Source: a virus
Taxonomy: Duplodnaviria; Heunggongvirae; Uroviricota; Caudoviricetes
DNA: 25,963 bases
IMG/VR virus record: IMGVR_UViG_2563366982_000005
Direction: 5' to 3' (one strand)
Both the position numbers and the translations under genes were made by a program. This document shows, in pieces, positions 16,975-25,741 of the stretch (positions are counted from its first letter, which is position 1; every line of letters starts with the position of its first letter). The notes beneath the pieces were generated by a model. The model saw only the letters and a program-made list of their open reading frames with translations. It ran no database searches and was not told where the DNA came from.

Positions 16975-18021
16975 GTGCGGGTATTACTTCGACCTGTTCT
17001 GGTACCGGAACTCGGGCTGGTGATCGTTAAGCCGGGCCGTGAATCCATGCCGGTATTCCACAATACCCGGGTACTGGTGGAGCCGGAACCGAAAAGCATG
17101 CGTAATCTGCCGTCCGGGGTCGTTCCTGCCGTTCGCCAGCCGCTGGCGGAGGATAAATCATTACTGCCATTTTTCAGCGACGAACGAGTGATTCGTGCTG
17201 CTGGTGGCGCTGGCGCATTGTCTGATTGGTTACTGCGCCATGTTAAATCCTGCCAGTGGCCACACGGCGATTATCACCACAGTGAAACCGTCATTCACCG
17301 TTATGGTACCGGCGCAATGGTGTTGTGCTGGCACTGCGACAACCAGCTGCGCGACCAGACCTCCGAATCACTCGGGCAACTTGCTCACCAAAACCTGTCT
17401 GCATGGATGATTGACGTCATACGCCATGCAATGAATGGCTCGCAGGAACGGGAATTATCGCTGGCTGAATTATCCTGGTGGGCGGTCCGCAATCAGGTGG
17501 CGGACGCGCTACCGGAAGCGGTATTACGTCGTTCGCTGGGGTTGCGTGCGGAAAAAATCCGCTCAATGTACCGTGAAAGCGACATCGTACCGGGAGAGCA
17601 GACCGCCACCAGCATACTGAAGCAGCGCACAAAAAATCTTGCGCCGCTGCCTCACGCCCACCAGCAAAACCCGCCACAGGAAGAGACGGTGGTCAGCATT
17701 GCCGTTGATCCTGAGTCTCCGGAATCTTTCATGAAACGACCTAAACGTCGCCGCTGGGTTAACGAGAAATACACACGCTGGGTGAAGACACAGCCGTGTG
17801 CGTGTTGTGGTAAGCCAGCCGACGATCCCCATCACCTGATTGGTCATGGTCAGGGCGGAATGGGGACAAAATCTCACGATATTTTCACGCTACCGCTGTG
17901 TCGGGAGCATCACAACGAGCTTCATGCGGATCCTCTGGCGTTCGAAGAAAAGCATGGTTCTCAGGTTGATTTAATTTTTCGTTTTCTTGATCACGCCTTT
18001 GCAACTGGCGTGCTTGGGTAA
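16975..18021 (+). CDS. YdfU-like DUF968 protein with C-terminal Cys/His (HNH-like) cluster
   Basis: 348-aa ORF starting GTG after GGAGG; C-terminal CACCGK...HHLIGHGQGG...CREHHNELH; position between cassette and rusA/Q corresponds to ydfU in Qin as recalled. Confidence 0.6.
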   Translation: MRVLLRPVLVPELGLVIVKPGRESMPVFHNTRVLVEPEPKSMRNLPSGVVPAVRQPLAEDKSLLPFFSDERVIRAAGGAGALSDWLLRHVKSCQWPHGDYHHSETVIHRYGTGAMVLCWHCDNQLRDQTSESLGQLAHQNLSAWMIDVIRHAMNGSQERELSLAELSWWAVRNQVADALPEAVLRRSLGLRAEKIRSMYRESDIVPGEQTATSILKQRTKNLAPLPHAHQQNPPQEETVVSIAVDPESPESFMKRPKRRRWVNEKYTRWVKTQPCACCGKPADDPHHLIGHGQGGMGTKSHDIFTLPLCREHHNELHADPLAFEEKHGSQVDLIFRFLDHAFATGVLG

Positions 18022-18033
18022 AAGAGGTGACTG

Positions 18034-18408
18034 ATGCTCATAGATTTGGTTTTACCTTACCCGCCGACGGTGAACACTTACTGGCGACGCCGTGGCAGCA
18101 CATATTTTATCTCGGAGGAGGGAAAGCGTTATCGCCGGGCTGTGGCGCTTATTGTTCGCCAGCAGCGGCTGAAATTAAGCCTGTCCGGAAGGCTGGCGAT
18201 AAAGGTGATTGCAGAGCCACCGGATAAGCGTCGTCGCGACCTGGACAATATCCTGAAAGCACCGCTGGATGCGCTGACGCATGCGGGAGTGTTAATGGAC
18301 GATGAGCAGTTTGATGAAATCAATATCGTTCGTGGTCAGCCAGTATCTGGTGGACGTATGGGGGTGAAGATTTACCCCATAATGCATGAAGAGCAGGTCA
18401 AAAAATGA
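18034..18408 (+). CDS. rusA: Holliday junction resolvase RusA
   Basis: 124-aa ORF with AGAGG SD; RRRDLDN motif and overall pattern as in RusA; immediately upstream of Q, typical lambdoid position. Confidence 0.8.
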   Translation: MLIDLVLPYPPTVNTYWRRRGSTYFISEEGKRYRRAVALIVRQQRLKLSLSGRLAIKVIAEPPDKRRRDLDNILKAPLDALTHAGVLMDDEQFDEINIVRGQPVSGGRMGVKIYPIMHEEQVKK

Positions 18409-19226
18409 AACTGGAAGATTTACCGAAATACTACTCCCCAAAATCCCCTGGCCTGACCGATGCATCGGCCTCAACGTCAAAAGATGCGCTGAGTATCACT
18501 GATGTGATGGCCGCGCAGGGCATGACACAGAATCGGGCTGAGATGGGGTTTTCTGCGTTCCTGGGGAAAATGGGCATCAGTATGAATGACAGGGCGCGGG
18601 CAACAGAATTACTGGCAGATTATGCACTCAGTCGGTGCGATCGTGTGGCGGCGTTGAGAAAACTTCCGGCAGAAATAAAACCGGTAGTGATGCGCATTAT
18701 GGCTTCGTATGCGTTTGAAGATTATGCCCGTAGCGCGGCGAGCAAAAAACAGTGCCCCTGCTGTCACGGAAAAAAATTTATTGAAAGCGAGGTTTTTACA
18801 AACAAGATCCAGTATCCGGATGGTAAGCCACCAGTGTGGGCAAAGTGCACAAAAGGCGTGTATCCGTCTTACTGGGAAGAATGGAAAAAAGTCAGGGAGG
18901 TGGTAAAAGTTGCCTGTCCGGAGTGTGGCGGAAAGGGTGAGGTTTCCACCGCCTGTAAGGATTGCCGTGGGCGTGGTGTCGCCATTCATCGTGAAGAGTC
19001 GGTAAAACGTGGTATGCCTGTTATCAGAGATTGCCAGCGTTGTGGTGGTCGTGGCTGTGAAAGGCTGCCATCAACGGAGGCATTTAATGCCATATGCAAA
19101 GTGACGAGTGCTATCACGCTTGATACGTGGAAAAAATCAGTGAAACGCTTTTACGATACGTTGGTGGTTCGGTTTGACATTGAAGAGGCATGGGCGGAGC
19201 GGCAGTTAAAGAGGGTAACGCGATAG
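18405..19226 (+). CDS. Late-gene antitermination protein Q
   Basis: 273-aa ORF overlapping rusA stop (ATGA); multiple CxxC zinc-finger pairs (CPCCHG, CPECGG, CKDCRG, CQRCGG); followed by promoter-terminator (PR'/tR'-like) region. Confidence 0.75.
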   Translation: MKLEDLPKYYSPKSPGLTDASASTSKDALSITDVMAAQGMTQNRAEMGFSAFLGKMGISMNDRARATELLADYALSRCDRVAALRKLPAEIKPVVMRIMASYAFEDYARSAASKKQCPCCHGKKFIESEVFTNKIQYPDGKPPVWAKCTKGVYPSYWEEWKKVREVVKVACPECGGKGEVSTACKDCRGRGVAIHREESVKRGMPVIRDCQRCGGRGCERLPSTEAFNAICKVTSAITLDTWKKSVKRFYDTLVVRFDIEEAWAERQLKRVTR

Positions 19227-19308
19227 TGTTGTTGATTTTTCCCGAATCTGTGGTAAATTTGCTCTAACGATGGGCGTTTTATGCCTGACGTTAGAAGATT
19301 TTTTACAC

Positions 19309-19330
19309 CCCGCCGCCTGGCGGGTTTTTT
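19309..19330 (+). terminator. tR'-like intrinsic terminator downstream of Q
   Basis: CCCGCC-GCCT-GGCGGG followed by TTTTTT, about 80 bp downstream of Q stop; a late promoter (PR'/qut) is expected in 19227-19308 but not confidently resolved. Confidence 0.55.
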
Positions 19331-19452
19331 ATGACTGAAATCGCGTCAGTACAGTAAACGCGCTGGTGGCGGTGAATACCTGTCTTTCAGCTTGCTGGCT
19401 TTTTCGACAAGAGTTATTGGTGTGTCACGTTAACCGGAAAAGGGAAAAAGAC

Positions 19453-19650
19453 ATGCTAAAACAGCAGGATATGACAGAAACCGCCAGAGTGGTGTTTAAT
19501 GAATTAAGCGTTACCGAACCGGCGACAGTCGGGGAGATAGCGCAGAATACTTACCTTTCACGCGAACGCTGCCAGTTAATACTGACCCAGCTGGTTATGG
19601 CGGGTCTGGCAGACTATCAGTTTGGTTGTTACAGACGCCTTCAGTCCTGA
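19453..19650 (+). CDS. Small hypothetical protein (65 aa)
   Basis: Internal ATG with AAAGGGAAAAAG leader inside the 94-aa track ORF; wHTH-like character (VGEIAQNTYLSRERCQLIL). Confidence 0.4.
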   Translation: MLKQQDMTETARVVFNELSVTEPATVGEIAQNTYLSRERCQLILTQLVMAGLADYQFGCYRRLQS

Positions 19651-19800
19651 AGGCTTTTTTATTTGTGGTAAATGGGCGGCTGGTGGGTGTTAGGGGCACT
19701 CACCAGCCATCTGCTCATGCGTCTGGATCACAAGCAAACCTCAGGCCCACTGCTTTGCGCAAAAGCAGAATGAGCCTATCAGAGACAGGTTTAATGATCC

Positions 19801-20859
19801 ATGCTTAATACTGTAAAAATATCCAGTTGTGAGTTAATCAACGCCGACTGCCTGGAATTTATCCGGTCGTTACCCGAAAATTCTGTTGACCTGATAGTCA
19901 CGGACCCGCCGTACTTTAAAGTGAAGCCTGAGGGCTGGGATAACCAGTGGAAGGGCGACGATGATTACCTGAAGTGGCTGGACCAGTGTCTGGCGCAGTT
20001 CTGGCGGGTGCTGAAACCTGCCGGAAGTCTTTACCTGTTCTGTGGTCATCGCCTGGCATCTGATATCGAAATCATGATGCGTGAACGCTTCAGTGTGCTG
20101 AACCATATTATCTGGGCAAAGCCGTCCGGACGCTGGAACGGGTGCAACAAGGAAAGCCTGCGGGCGTATTTCCCCGCCACAGAGCGCATTCTGTTCGCGG
20201 AACATTATCAGGGGCCGTATCGTCCGAAAGATGCCGGGTATGAGGCGAAGGGCAGGGCACTGAAACAGCATGTGATGGCCCCGCTGATTGCTTACTTTCG
20301 TGATGCGCGCGCTGCCCTGGGGATAACGGCAAAACAGATAGTGGATGCCACAGGAAAGAAAAACATGGTGTCGCACTGGTTCAGTGCCAGTCAGTGGCAG
20401 CTGCCGAACGAAAGTGATTATCTGAAATTACAGGCGCTGTTTGCCCGGGTGGCAGAAGAGAAGCATCAGCGGGGTGAACTGGAAAAGCCCCACCACCAGC
20501 TGCTGGAGACGTATACTTCACTGAACCGGCAGTATGCGGAACTGCAGAGTGAATATAAGCATCTGCGGCGGTATTTTGGCGTGACGGCGCAGGTGCCGTA
20601 CACGGATGTGTGGACGCATAAACCGGTGCAGTACTATCCCGGGAAACATCCGTGCGAAAAACCGGCAGAAATGCTGCAGCAGATAATCAGTGCGAGCAGT
20701 CGTCCGGGTGACCTGGTTGCAGATTTCTTCATGGGGTCGGGTTCGACAGTCAAAGCCGCGATGGCGCTGGGGCGTCGTGCTACAGGCGTTGAGCTGGAGA
20801 CTGAACGTTTTGAACAGACGGTCAGGGAAGTTCAGGATTTAGCCAGTCAGAACGGATGA
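19801..20859 (+). CDS. Orphan DNA methyltransferase (amino-MTase, DPPY motif IV before FxGSGST motif I)
   Basis: 352 aa; VTDPPYF near N-terminus and FFMGSGST near C-terminus, the circularly permuted order of beta-class N6-adenine/N4-cytosine MTases; no adjacent restriction endonuclease gene seen. Confidence 0.8.
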   Translation: MLNTVKISSCELINADCLEFIRSLPENSVDLIVTDPPYFKVKPEGWDNQWKGDDDYLKWLDQCLAQFWRVLKPAGSLYLFCGHRLASDIEIMMRERFSVLNHIIWAKPSGRWNGCNKESLRAYFPATERILFAEHYQGPYRPKDAGYEAKGRALKQHVMAPLIAYFRDARAALGITAKQIVDATGKKNMVSHWFSASQWQLPNESDYLKLQALFARVAEEKHQRGELEKPHHQLLETYTSLNRQYAELQSEYKHLRRYFGVTAQVPYTDVWTHKPVQYYPGKHPCEKPAEMLQQIISASSRPGDLVADFFMGSGSTVKAAMALGRRATGVELETERFEQTVREVQDLASQNG

Positions 20860-20899
20860 TATTGCAGGATTAGTTACGTACCGTTATTATCCTGCGCCC

Positions 20900-20975
20900 G
20901 GCCCTTTAGCTCAGTGGTGAGAGCGAGCGACTCATAATCGCCAGGTCGCTGGTTCAAATCCAGCAAGGGCCACCA
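20900..20975 (+). tRNA. tRNA with CAU anticodon (Ile2-lysidine or Met type)
   Basis: 76 nt, acceptor stem GGCCCTT/AAGGGCC, anticodon loop CTCATAA, T-loop GGTTCAAATCC, 3' CCA encoded. Confidence 0.8.
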
Positions 20976-20984
20976 TATCACATA

Positions 20985-21061
20985 CCGCCATTAGCTCATC
21001 GGGATAGAGCGCCAGCCTTCGAAGCTGGTTGCGCGGGGTTCGAGTCCTCGATGGCGGTCCA
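20985..21061 (+). tRNA. tRNA-Arg (anticodon UCG)
   Basis: 77 nt, acceptor CCGCCAT/ATGGCGG, anticodon loop CTTCGAA, T-loop GGTTCGAGTCC, CCA encoded. Confidence 0.75.
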
Positions 21062-21075
21062 TTTATCGGCATTCT

Positions 21076-21152
21076 GCGTTGTTAGCTCAGCCGGACAGAG
21101 CAATTGCCTTCTAAGCAATCGGTCACTGGTTCGAATCCAGTACAACGCGCCA
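21076..21152 (+). tRNA. tRNA-Arg (anticodon UCU)
   Basis: 77 nt, acceptor GCGTTGT/ACAACGC, anticodon loop CTTCTAA, T-loop GGTTCGAATCC, CCA encoded. Confidence 0.8.
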
Positions 21153-21322
21153 GACTTATTTTTCCCGGCTCGCTTTTGCGGGCCTTTTTTGTATCCGCGC
21201 CACGCCCGGCGCATATCAACCACAGAGCCTTTCGGGGGTGAGCTTACGGAGTGGTCAGTGTGACTTTCTCTGTGGGCAGATCGCTCCCGGGCGTTGGCTC
21301 ACCCACCCAAAGGAACGTCACA

Positions 21323-21754
21323 ATGCTTGGAATCTTCAAAAAGAAAACCCGCAGAGCGTCTGCGGAAATTAAAAAGTTTGAAAAACGCGATCTGGCACAG
21401 GCAGTGATTAACGCTGCATACCTGGTGGCTTATGCCGATGGTGAATGTGAGGCTTCCGAGAAAGCGAAGATCGAACAGGTATTACGTAACCAGCCCACCT
21501 TGTCCGCGTTTACGTCAGAAATTAATGCGATTAGCGCAACCATTATCGGTCAGCTGGATACGAACTTTAAAATTGGTCGTCGTGCGGCGTTACGTGAGAT
21601 CGAGGATGTGAAACACGATACGCGTGAAGCGGAAGACGTGCTGGATGTGGCGGTGGCCATTGCCGAAGCAGACGGCGAAATAGAGCCGGAAGAGCGCAAG
21701 GTGCTGGAAGAGATTGCCGGTGTTCTGGGCCTTCGTCTGGAGAATCATCTGTGA
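21323..21754 (+). CDS. TerB-like (tellurite-resistance TerB family fold) protein
   Basis: 143-aa frame from internal ATG with AAGGAA SD inside the 167-aa track ORF; repeated A-x-x-x-V/A-A-x-A-D-G-E motifs (AAYLVAYADGECEASE; VAVAIAEADGEIEPEE) typical of TerB-like helical domains. Confidence 0.55.
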   Translation: MLGIFKKKTRRASAEIKKFEKRDLAQAVINAAYLVAYADGECEASEKAKIEQVLRNQPTLSAFTSEINAISATIIGQLDTNFKIGRRAALREIEDVKHDTREAEDVLDVAVAIAEADGEIEPEERKVLEEIAGVLGLRLENHL

Positions 21755-21762
21755 CGGTAAAA

Positions 21763-21915
21763 ATGCGTCTGGCTGTGGTTGCGCTCCTGCTGTTTCTGGT
21801 GGTGATGGTGGACTTCAGCAGCCGGATAATGTCAGTGCTGGCTGACGGTGTGCTGGTGGCGGGTGTGGTGGTTGTTGCTTTCCCGTTGCTGAAAAAGAAA
21901 GCATCAGGCGATTAG
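21763..21915 (+). CDS. Small hydrophobic peptide (50 aa), possible membrane protein
   Basis: Hand-translated MRLAVVALLLFLVVMVDFSSRIMSVLADGVLVAGVVVVAFPLLKKKASGD; two hydrophobic segments, C-terminal lysines; starts 9 nt after TerB-like stop; below track cutoff. Confidence 0.35.
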   Translation: MRLAVVALLLFLVVMVDFSSRIMSVLADGVLVAGVVVVAFPLLKKKASGD

Positions 21916-21950
21916 CAGGGTATCAGTTACCCGTTGAAATTTTTAAATAC

Positions 21951-22178
21951 CTCACAATTCAGGCGGTTGACTGTTGTCTGGTTTGCGGGGAGTTTGTTAA
22001 AAGAAACTGGCATGGTGAATCCCCCTGTGCGGAGGGGCAATCAGCAACTGGTGTTTTGTCACCGACCCTTATCCTTTCTGTGCGGGTTCAGGTGCTGATA
22101 CTGAACTCACCGGGAGGCACCCGGCACCATGCAATGGCACATAGTGCCACTCTCCAGCCCCTCTCCGGAGGGGCTTTT
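21951..22178 (+). repeat. Structured repeat element, copy 1 (conserved hairpins plus terminator)
   Basis: Shares with copy 2 the blocks CTCACAATTCAG..TTGAC, TTTGTTAAAA, GCATGGTGAATCCCCCTGNGCGGAGGGGC, CTGAACTCACCGGGAGGCACCCGGCACCATG and AGCCCCTCTCCGGAGGGGCTTT; ends in a GC hairpin followed by a T-run. Confidence 0.6.
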
Positions 22179-22369
22179 CTGTGCCGGATACATCACAGTT
22201 TCTGGAACCTTAGGTACTACAGTATCAGTCAGGGTGCTATATTTTCAGATGTGATGAAAGCCTGTCAGCAGGCAGGGCGTATCGGAAATGACCCAGTAGA
22301 GAAAACGTTGACTCAGATACCGGTGCTGAGTTACCGGGAAACCGGCATCACATGACCGCTATCCTTCCA

Positions 22370-22396
22370 GGCCCATCCGCTCCGGTGGGCCTTTTT
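22370..22396 (+). terminator. Intrinsic terminator-like hairpin between the repeat copies
   Basis: GGCCCA-(loop)-TGGGCC followed by TTTTT. Confidence 0.45.
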
Positions 22397-22433
22397 ACTG
22401 CAGAAAACAGGTTCCCCGTTAAATGCTATGTTG

Positions 22434-22665
22434 CTCACAATTCAGTAAGTTGACAGTTGCCTGTCAGACTGGGCATTTGTTAAAAAAATTTCGCATGGTG
22501 AATCCCCCTGAGCGGAGGGGCGACTGGTGACGGTATAATCTCTGATTATCAAAACGAGAATGACGCGGGTTTAGTGGCACCGGGCTGAACTCACCGGGAG
22601 GCACCCGGCACCATGTGCATGATGATACAGATACGCGGCTTTAGCCCCTCTCCGGAGGGGCTTTC
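22434..22665 (+). repeat. Structured repeat element, copy 2
   Basis: Same conserved blocks as copy 1 in the same order, with divergent spacers; terminal hairpin GCCCCTC-TCCG-GAGGGGC plus T-rich tail. Confidence 0.6.
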
Positions 22666-22880
22666 TTGTGGGCAAAAAAAGCCCGAGTGGGTTCGGGCAA
22701 CAGCATGAGATATACATTTTTATAATCGAATGGATTTTAACCAGAATTCATAAGGCTGCGCAACTGCGCGGTCTTTTTCGAATTGCGGGCTGTCGTCTCT
22801 CTTCTGCCATTGTCCTGTAACTTCCGGACTTCAGCCCGCTCCTTATTTTACTCACAATATTATCCCGGCCGGGAGGATTC

Positions 22881-24422
22881 ATGGCATTTAAACACTATGA
22901 CGTGGTCAGGGCGGCATCGCCGTCAGACCTTGCGAAACGACTGACACAAAAACTGAAGGAGGGGTGGCAGCCATTTGGCAGTCCGGTGGCCATCACGCCT
23001 TATACCCTGATGCAGGCCATTGCGGCGGAAGGTGATGTCACCACACCTGTGGTGGTGAAGCCGTCGGATGGAGAAGGCGCAGTTATCAGCACCACCAGCA
23101 ACCCGGAGTATTACTTTGTTGTTGCCCTGGCCGGGCAGTCAAACGGTATGGCGTATGGTGAAGGGCTTCCGCTGCCGGAGACATATGACCGTCCGGACCC
23201 GCGTATTAAACAGCTGGCGCGTCGCAGCACTGTCACGCCGGGTGGTGCGTCCTGTAACTACAATGACATTATTCCTGCGGACCACTGCCTGCATGATGTT
23301 CAGGATTTGAGTAAGTTTTCACACCCGAAAGCCAGCGCAGCTCAGTATGGATGCGTGGGGCAGGGATTACATATCGCGAAGAAATTGTTGCCGTTTATTC
23401 CGGCGAATGCCGGTATTCTTCTGGTTCCGTGCTGCCGTGGTGGTTCTGCATTTTTGGCGGGCGATGAAGGTACCTTCAGCGAATCCACCGGCGCAAGCGA
23501 GACCTCGGCACGCTGGGGTGTAGATAAGCCACTGTACAAGGACCTGCTTACCCGTACTCAGGCCGCACTGAAGGCCAACCCTAAAAATATTCTGCTTGCA
23601 GTGGTCTGGATGCAGGGCGAGTTTGATTTGAAACAGGGTGCATACGCCACTCAGCCGGGGCTGTTTGATTCCATGGTGGAAAAATATCGTTCTGACCTGT
23701 CGGAATTCGGAGGTCAGTGTCTCGGGGGCTCTCCGTCATCGGTTCCCTGGATTTGTGGCGACACGACCTACTACTGGAAGCAGACTTATTCTTCGCAATA
23801 CGATGCGGTGTATGGTGCATACAAGACGAAATCCGCAAAAAAAATCTTCTTTGTGCCGTTTATGACGGATGAAAACGGGCGAAATGTGGGTACCAACGAG
23901 CCGTCAGAAGATCCGGATGTTGCGGATATTGGGTATTACGGAGCCGGTGGTCGAACGGACGCCAAAACCTGGACGACGGCTGACCGTAAAACGCATTTTG
24001 GATCATGGGCACGTCGTGGGATTATTTCCGACCGTCTGGCAACGGCGATTCTTGTGCATGCCGGGAGAAACGCTGAATTCATTACCGGAAAACAGCCTGA
24101 TACGGTGAAGCCCACCGGACCTTCCGGTGAAGGTACGGAGAGAGAGCCGGAAGCCCCGGTCAGTAACCGAACCCTGATGAGTCTGCTGGCGTCCGGCGAA
24201 GACCTGGCATCACAGGGCTGGCGCTATTATCACAAACCGGCGAGCGGAGACAATGTTAACAAAAACATTGCTGAAGCGGTGGTCAGTGATGCGGGGGCTA
24301 CGGGAGGTAAGGCCCTGCAACTGAATAAACCGGAAAACCACATCTGGTTTCTGGAGCATGATGCAGCCGGACAGGGAGTGGAGTTACTGAAGAAGGGGGG
24401 GACGTGTGAGCGTACGGTTTAA
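22881..24422 (+). CDS. NanS-p-like esterase (DUF1737 N-terminus plus sialate O-acetylesterase/SASA-type domain)
   Basis: 513 aa; GGAGG SD; GQSN motif (VALAGQSNGMAYGEG) characteristic of SASA/SGNH-like carbohydrate esterases; position upstream of lysis genes as for nanS-p in Stx phages (recalled). Confidence 0.7.
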   Translation: MAFKHYDVVRAASPSDLAKRLTQKLKEGWQPFGSPVAITPYTLMQAIAAEGDVTTPVVVKPSDGEGAVISTTSNPEYYFVVALAGQSNGMAYGEGLPLPETYDRPDPRIKQLARRSTVTPGGASCNYNDIIPADHCLHDVQDLSKFSHPKASAAQYGCVGQGLHIAKKLLPFIPANAGILLVPCCRGGSAFLAGDEGTFSESTGASETSARWGVDKPLYKDLLTRTQAALKANPKNILLAVVWMQGEFDLKQGAYATQPGLFDSMVEKYRSDLSEFGGQCLGGSPSSVPWICGDTTYYWKQTYSSQYDAVYGAYKTKSAKKIFFVPFMTDENGRNVGTNEPSEDPDVADIGYYGAGGRTDAKTWTTADRKTHFGSWARRGIISDRLATAILVHAGRNAEFITGKQPDTVKPTGPSGEGTEREPEAPVSNRTLMSLLASGEDLASQGWRYYHKPASGDNVNKNIAEAVVSDAGATGGKALQLNKPENHIWFLEHDAAGQGVELLKKGGTCERTV

Positions 24423-24843
24423 GTTGCCGGGTTCACTGGTGCCGAATCAGTTTGCCCTGGGCATTTACTGGCAGTTGTCGTCCCTGCCGGAGGGAGTGAC
24501 GCTGGCAGAGGAAGGCAACGACATGCTGATGTCCTTCTTCCTGCAGACGGATGCGACGAACCTGAACGCGATGCACCACAAGAAGCCGAATGCGAAGCTG
24601 GATACGTTCGGGGTCTTTGATAACGGATGGCACACACTGGCTTTTGAGTTTGCCGGAAACAACAGCATTCAGGTGACGCCGGTACTGGATGAGAAACGGG
24701 GGACGCCGTTCACACTGGTGAAATCTCCGGCATCAGGGGCGGCGGACAAACTGCAACTGACAGGCATATCAAAGGCGGCGACATATACGCTGCTGATTGA
24801 CAGTGTGAAGGTGGAAGTGAACAACGCGGATGCCGCGGCATGA
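24406..24843 (+). CDS. Probable C-terminal portion of NanS-p-like protein as a separate frame
   Basis: 145-aa ORF starting GTG and overlapping the 3' end of the esterase ORF by 17 nt in another frame; combined length (~658 aa) is near the size I recall for full-length NanS-p. Confidence 0.45.
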   Translation: MSVRFKLPGSLVPNQFALGIYWQLSSLPEGVTLAEEGNDMLMSFFLQTDATNLNAMHHKKPNAKLDTFGVFDNGWHTLAFEFAGNNSIQVTPVLDEKRGTPFTLVKSPASGAADKLQLTGISKAATYTLLIDSVKVEVNNADAAA

Positions 24844-25199
24844 TAAAAAAAGGCCGCCAGCGGCAGGAATGGAAGCTGGCGGAGGTAATCCCAATGGAGA
24901 ATGTAAAGAAAAGATGCTTTCGTATATCGGTTTTTTAAATGAAAACAGTTCTCATTGTCAACCATAACGGTAAGAAATTATGACATTTATTCATCAGGTG
25001 ATGCTGTACTTCTGTACGGCAGTCTGTGTTATGTATCTTCTTTCGGGTGGGTACAGGGCAGTGCGCGATTTCTGGCGCAGGCAGATTGATAAAAGGGCCG
25101 CTGAGAGAATCAGCGCCAGTCAGTCAGCCGGAAGCAAACCCGAAGATCCGCTCATTCCGTAGTCACTTTCTTGACAACACCTTTCAACGAGAAAATCCC

Positions 25200-25445
25200 A
25201 TGTCAGAAATCACATCCCTGGTCACTGCTGAGGCAGTGAAGGAAGTCCTGCGCTCTGAAGAAGTCCTGAGCGTACTGAAACAGAAACTCCGCCAGAACCT
25301 TGAGGCGCGTCTTGATGCAGAAGTGGATGCCATTCTGGATGAGCTGCTGGGCGTACCAGCGGTTCCGGAGCCGGAAGGTATCGCGGGTGACGGGAGTGCT
25401 TCAGATGGCGGTGAACCCACACCTGACAGCGACATGATGATGTAA
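25200..25445 (+). CDS. Hypothetical acidic phage protein (81 aa)
   Basis: Internal ATG of the 139-aa track ORF; upstream extension looks non-coding; weak SD. Confidence 0.4.
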   Translation: MSEITSLVTAEAVKEVLRSEEVLSVLKQKLRQNLEARLDAEVDAILDELLGVPAVPEPEGIAGDGSASDGGEPTPDSDMMM

Positions 25446-25521
25446 GCCTGCGCAAGGGACCATCGGTGTGTGCCGGTGGTCTTTATATTGTTGTGAGCTT
25501 CCGGATAACGGGAGACGGGGT

Positions 25522-25737
25522 ATGTACCAGATGGAAAAAATCACAACAGGTGTGTCATACACCACGTCAGCGGTGGGAACGGGCTACTGGTTCCTGCAGT
25601 TGCTGGACAGGGTTTCCCCGTCTCAGTGGGCGGCAATAGGCGTGCTGGGGAGTCTGCTGTTTGGGCTGCTGACATATCTGACTAACCTGTATTTCAAAAT
25701 CAGAGAGGACCGGCGTAAGGCGGCGCGGGGAGAGTAA
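25522..25737 (+). CDS. Class II holin (S21-like pinholin) with dual-start motif
   Basis: 71-aa frame [71 protein letters not shown]; two Met starts three codons apart, two TM segments, charged C-terminus; GGAGACGGGG leader. Confidence 0.8.
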   Translation: MYQMEKITTGVSYTTSAVGTGYWFLQLLDRVSPSQWAAIGVLGSLLFGLLTYLTNLYFKIREDRRKAARGE

Positions 25738-25741
25738 AGCG

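Noticed and set aside
19870-20376. 168-aa and 74-aa minus-strand ORFs inside the methyltransferase gene
   Set aside because: Antisense to a gene with clear MTase motifs; no independent support.
22056-22355. 99-aa plus-strand ORF spanning repeat copy 1
   Set aside because: Its coding potential derives from the conserved hairpin and terminator blocks of the repeat element (peptide SPGGTRH recurs wherever the nucleotide motif recurs); no SD at its start; more likely structured non-coding sequence.
21951-22665. Possible CRISPR array
   Set aside because: Only two repeat copies, about 480 bp apart, each ~230 bp with internal hairpins; does not fit the short-repeat/short-spacer periodicity of CRISPR and no cas genes are present.
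24980-25162. 60-aa plus-strand ORF upstream of the holin region
   Set aside because: Weak SD and overlaps the non-coding-looking upstream part of the 139-aa ORF; hydrophobic but unsupported, so left unannotated.
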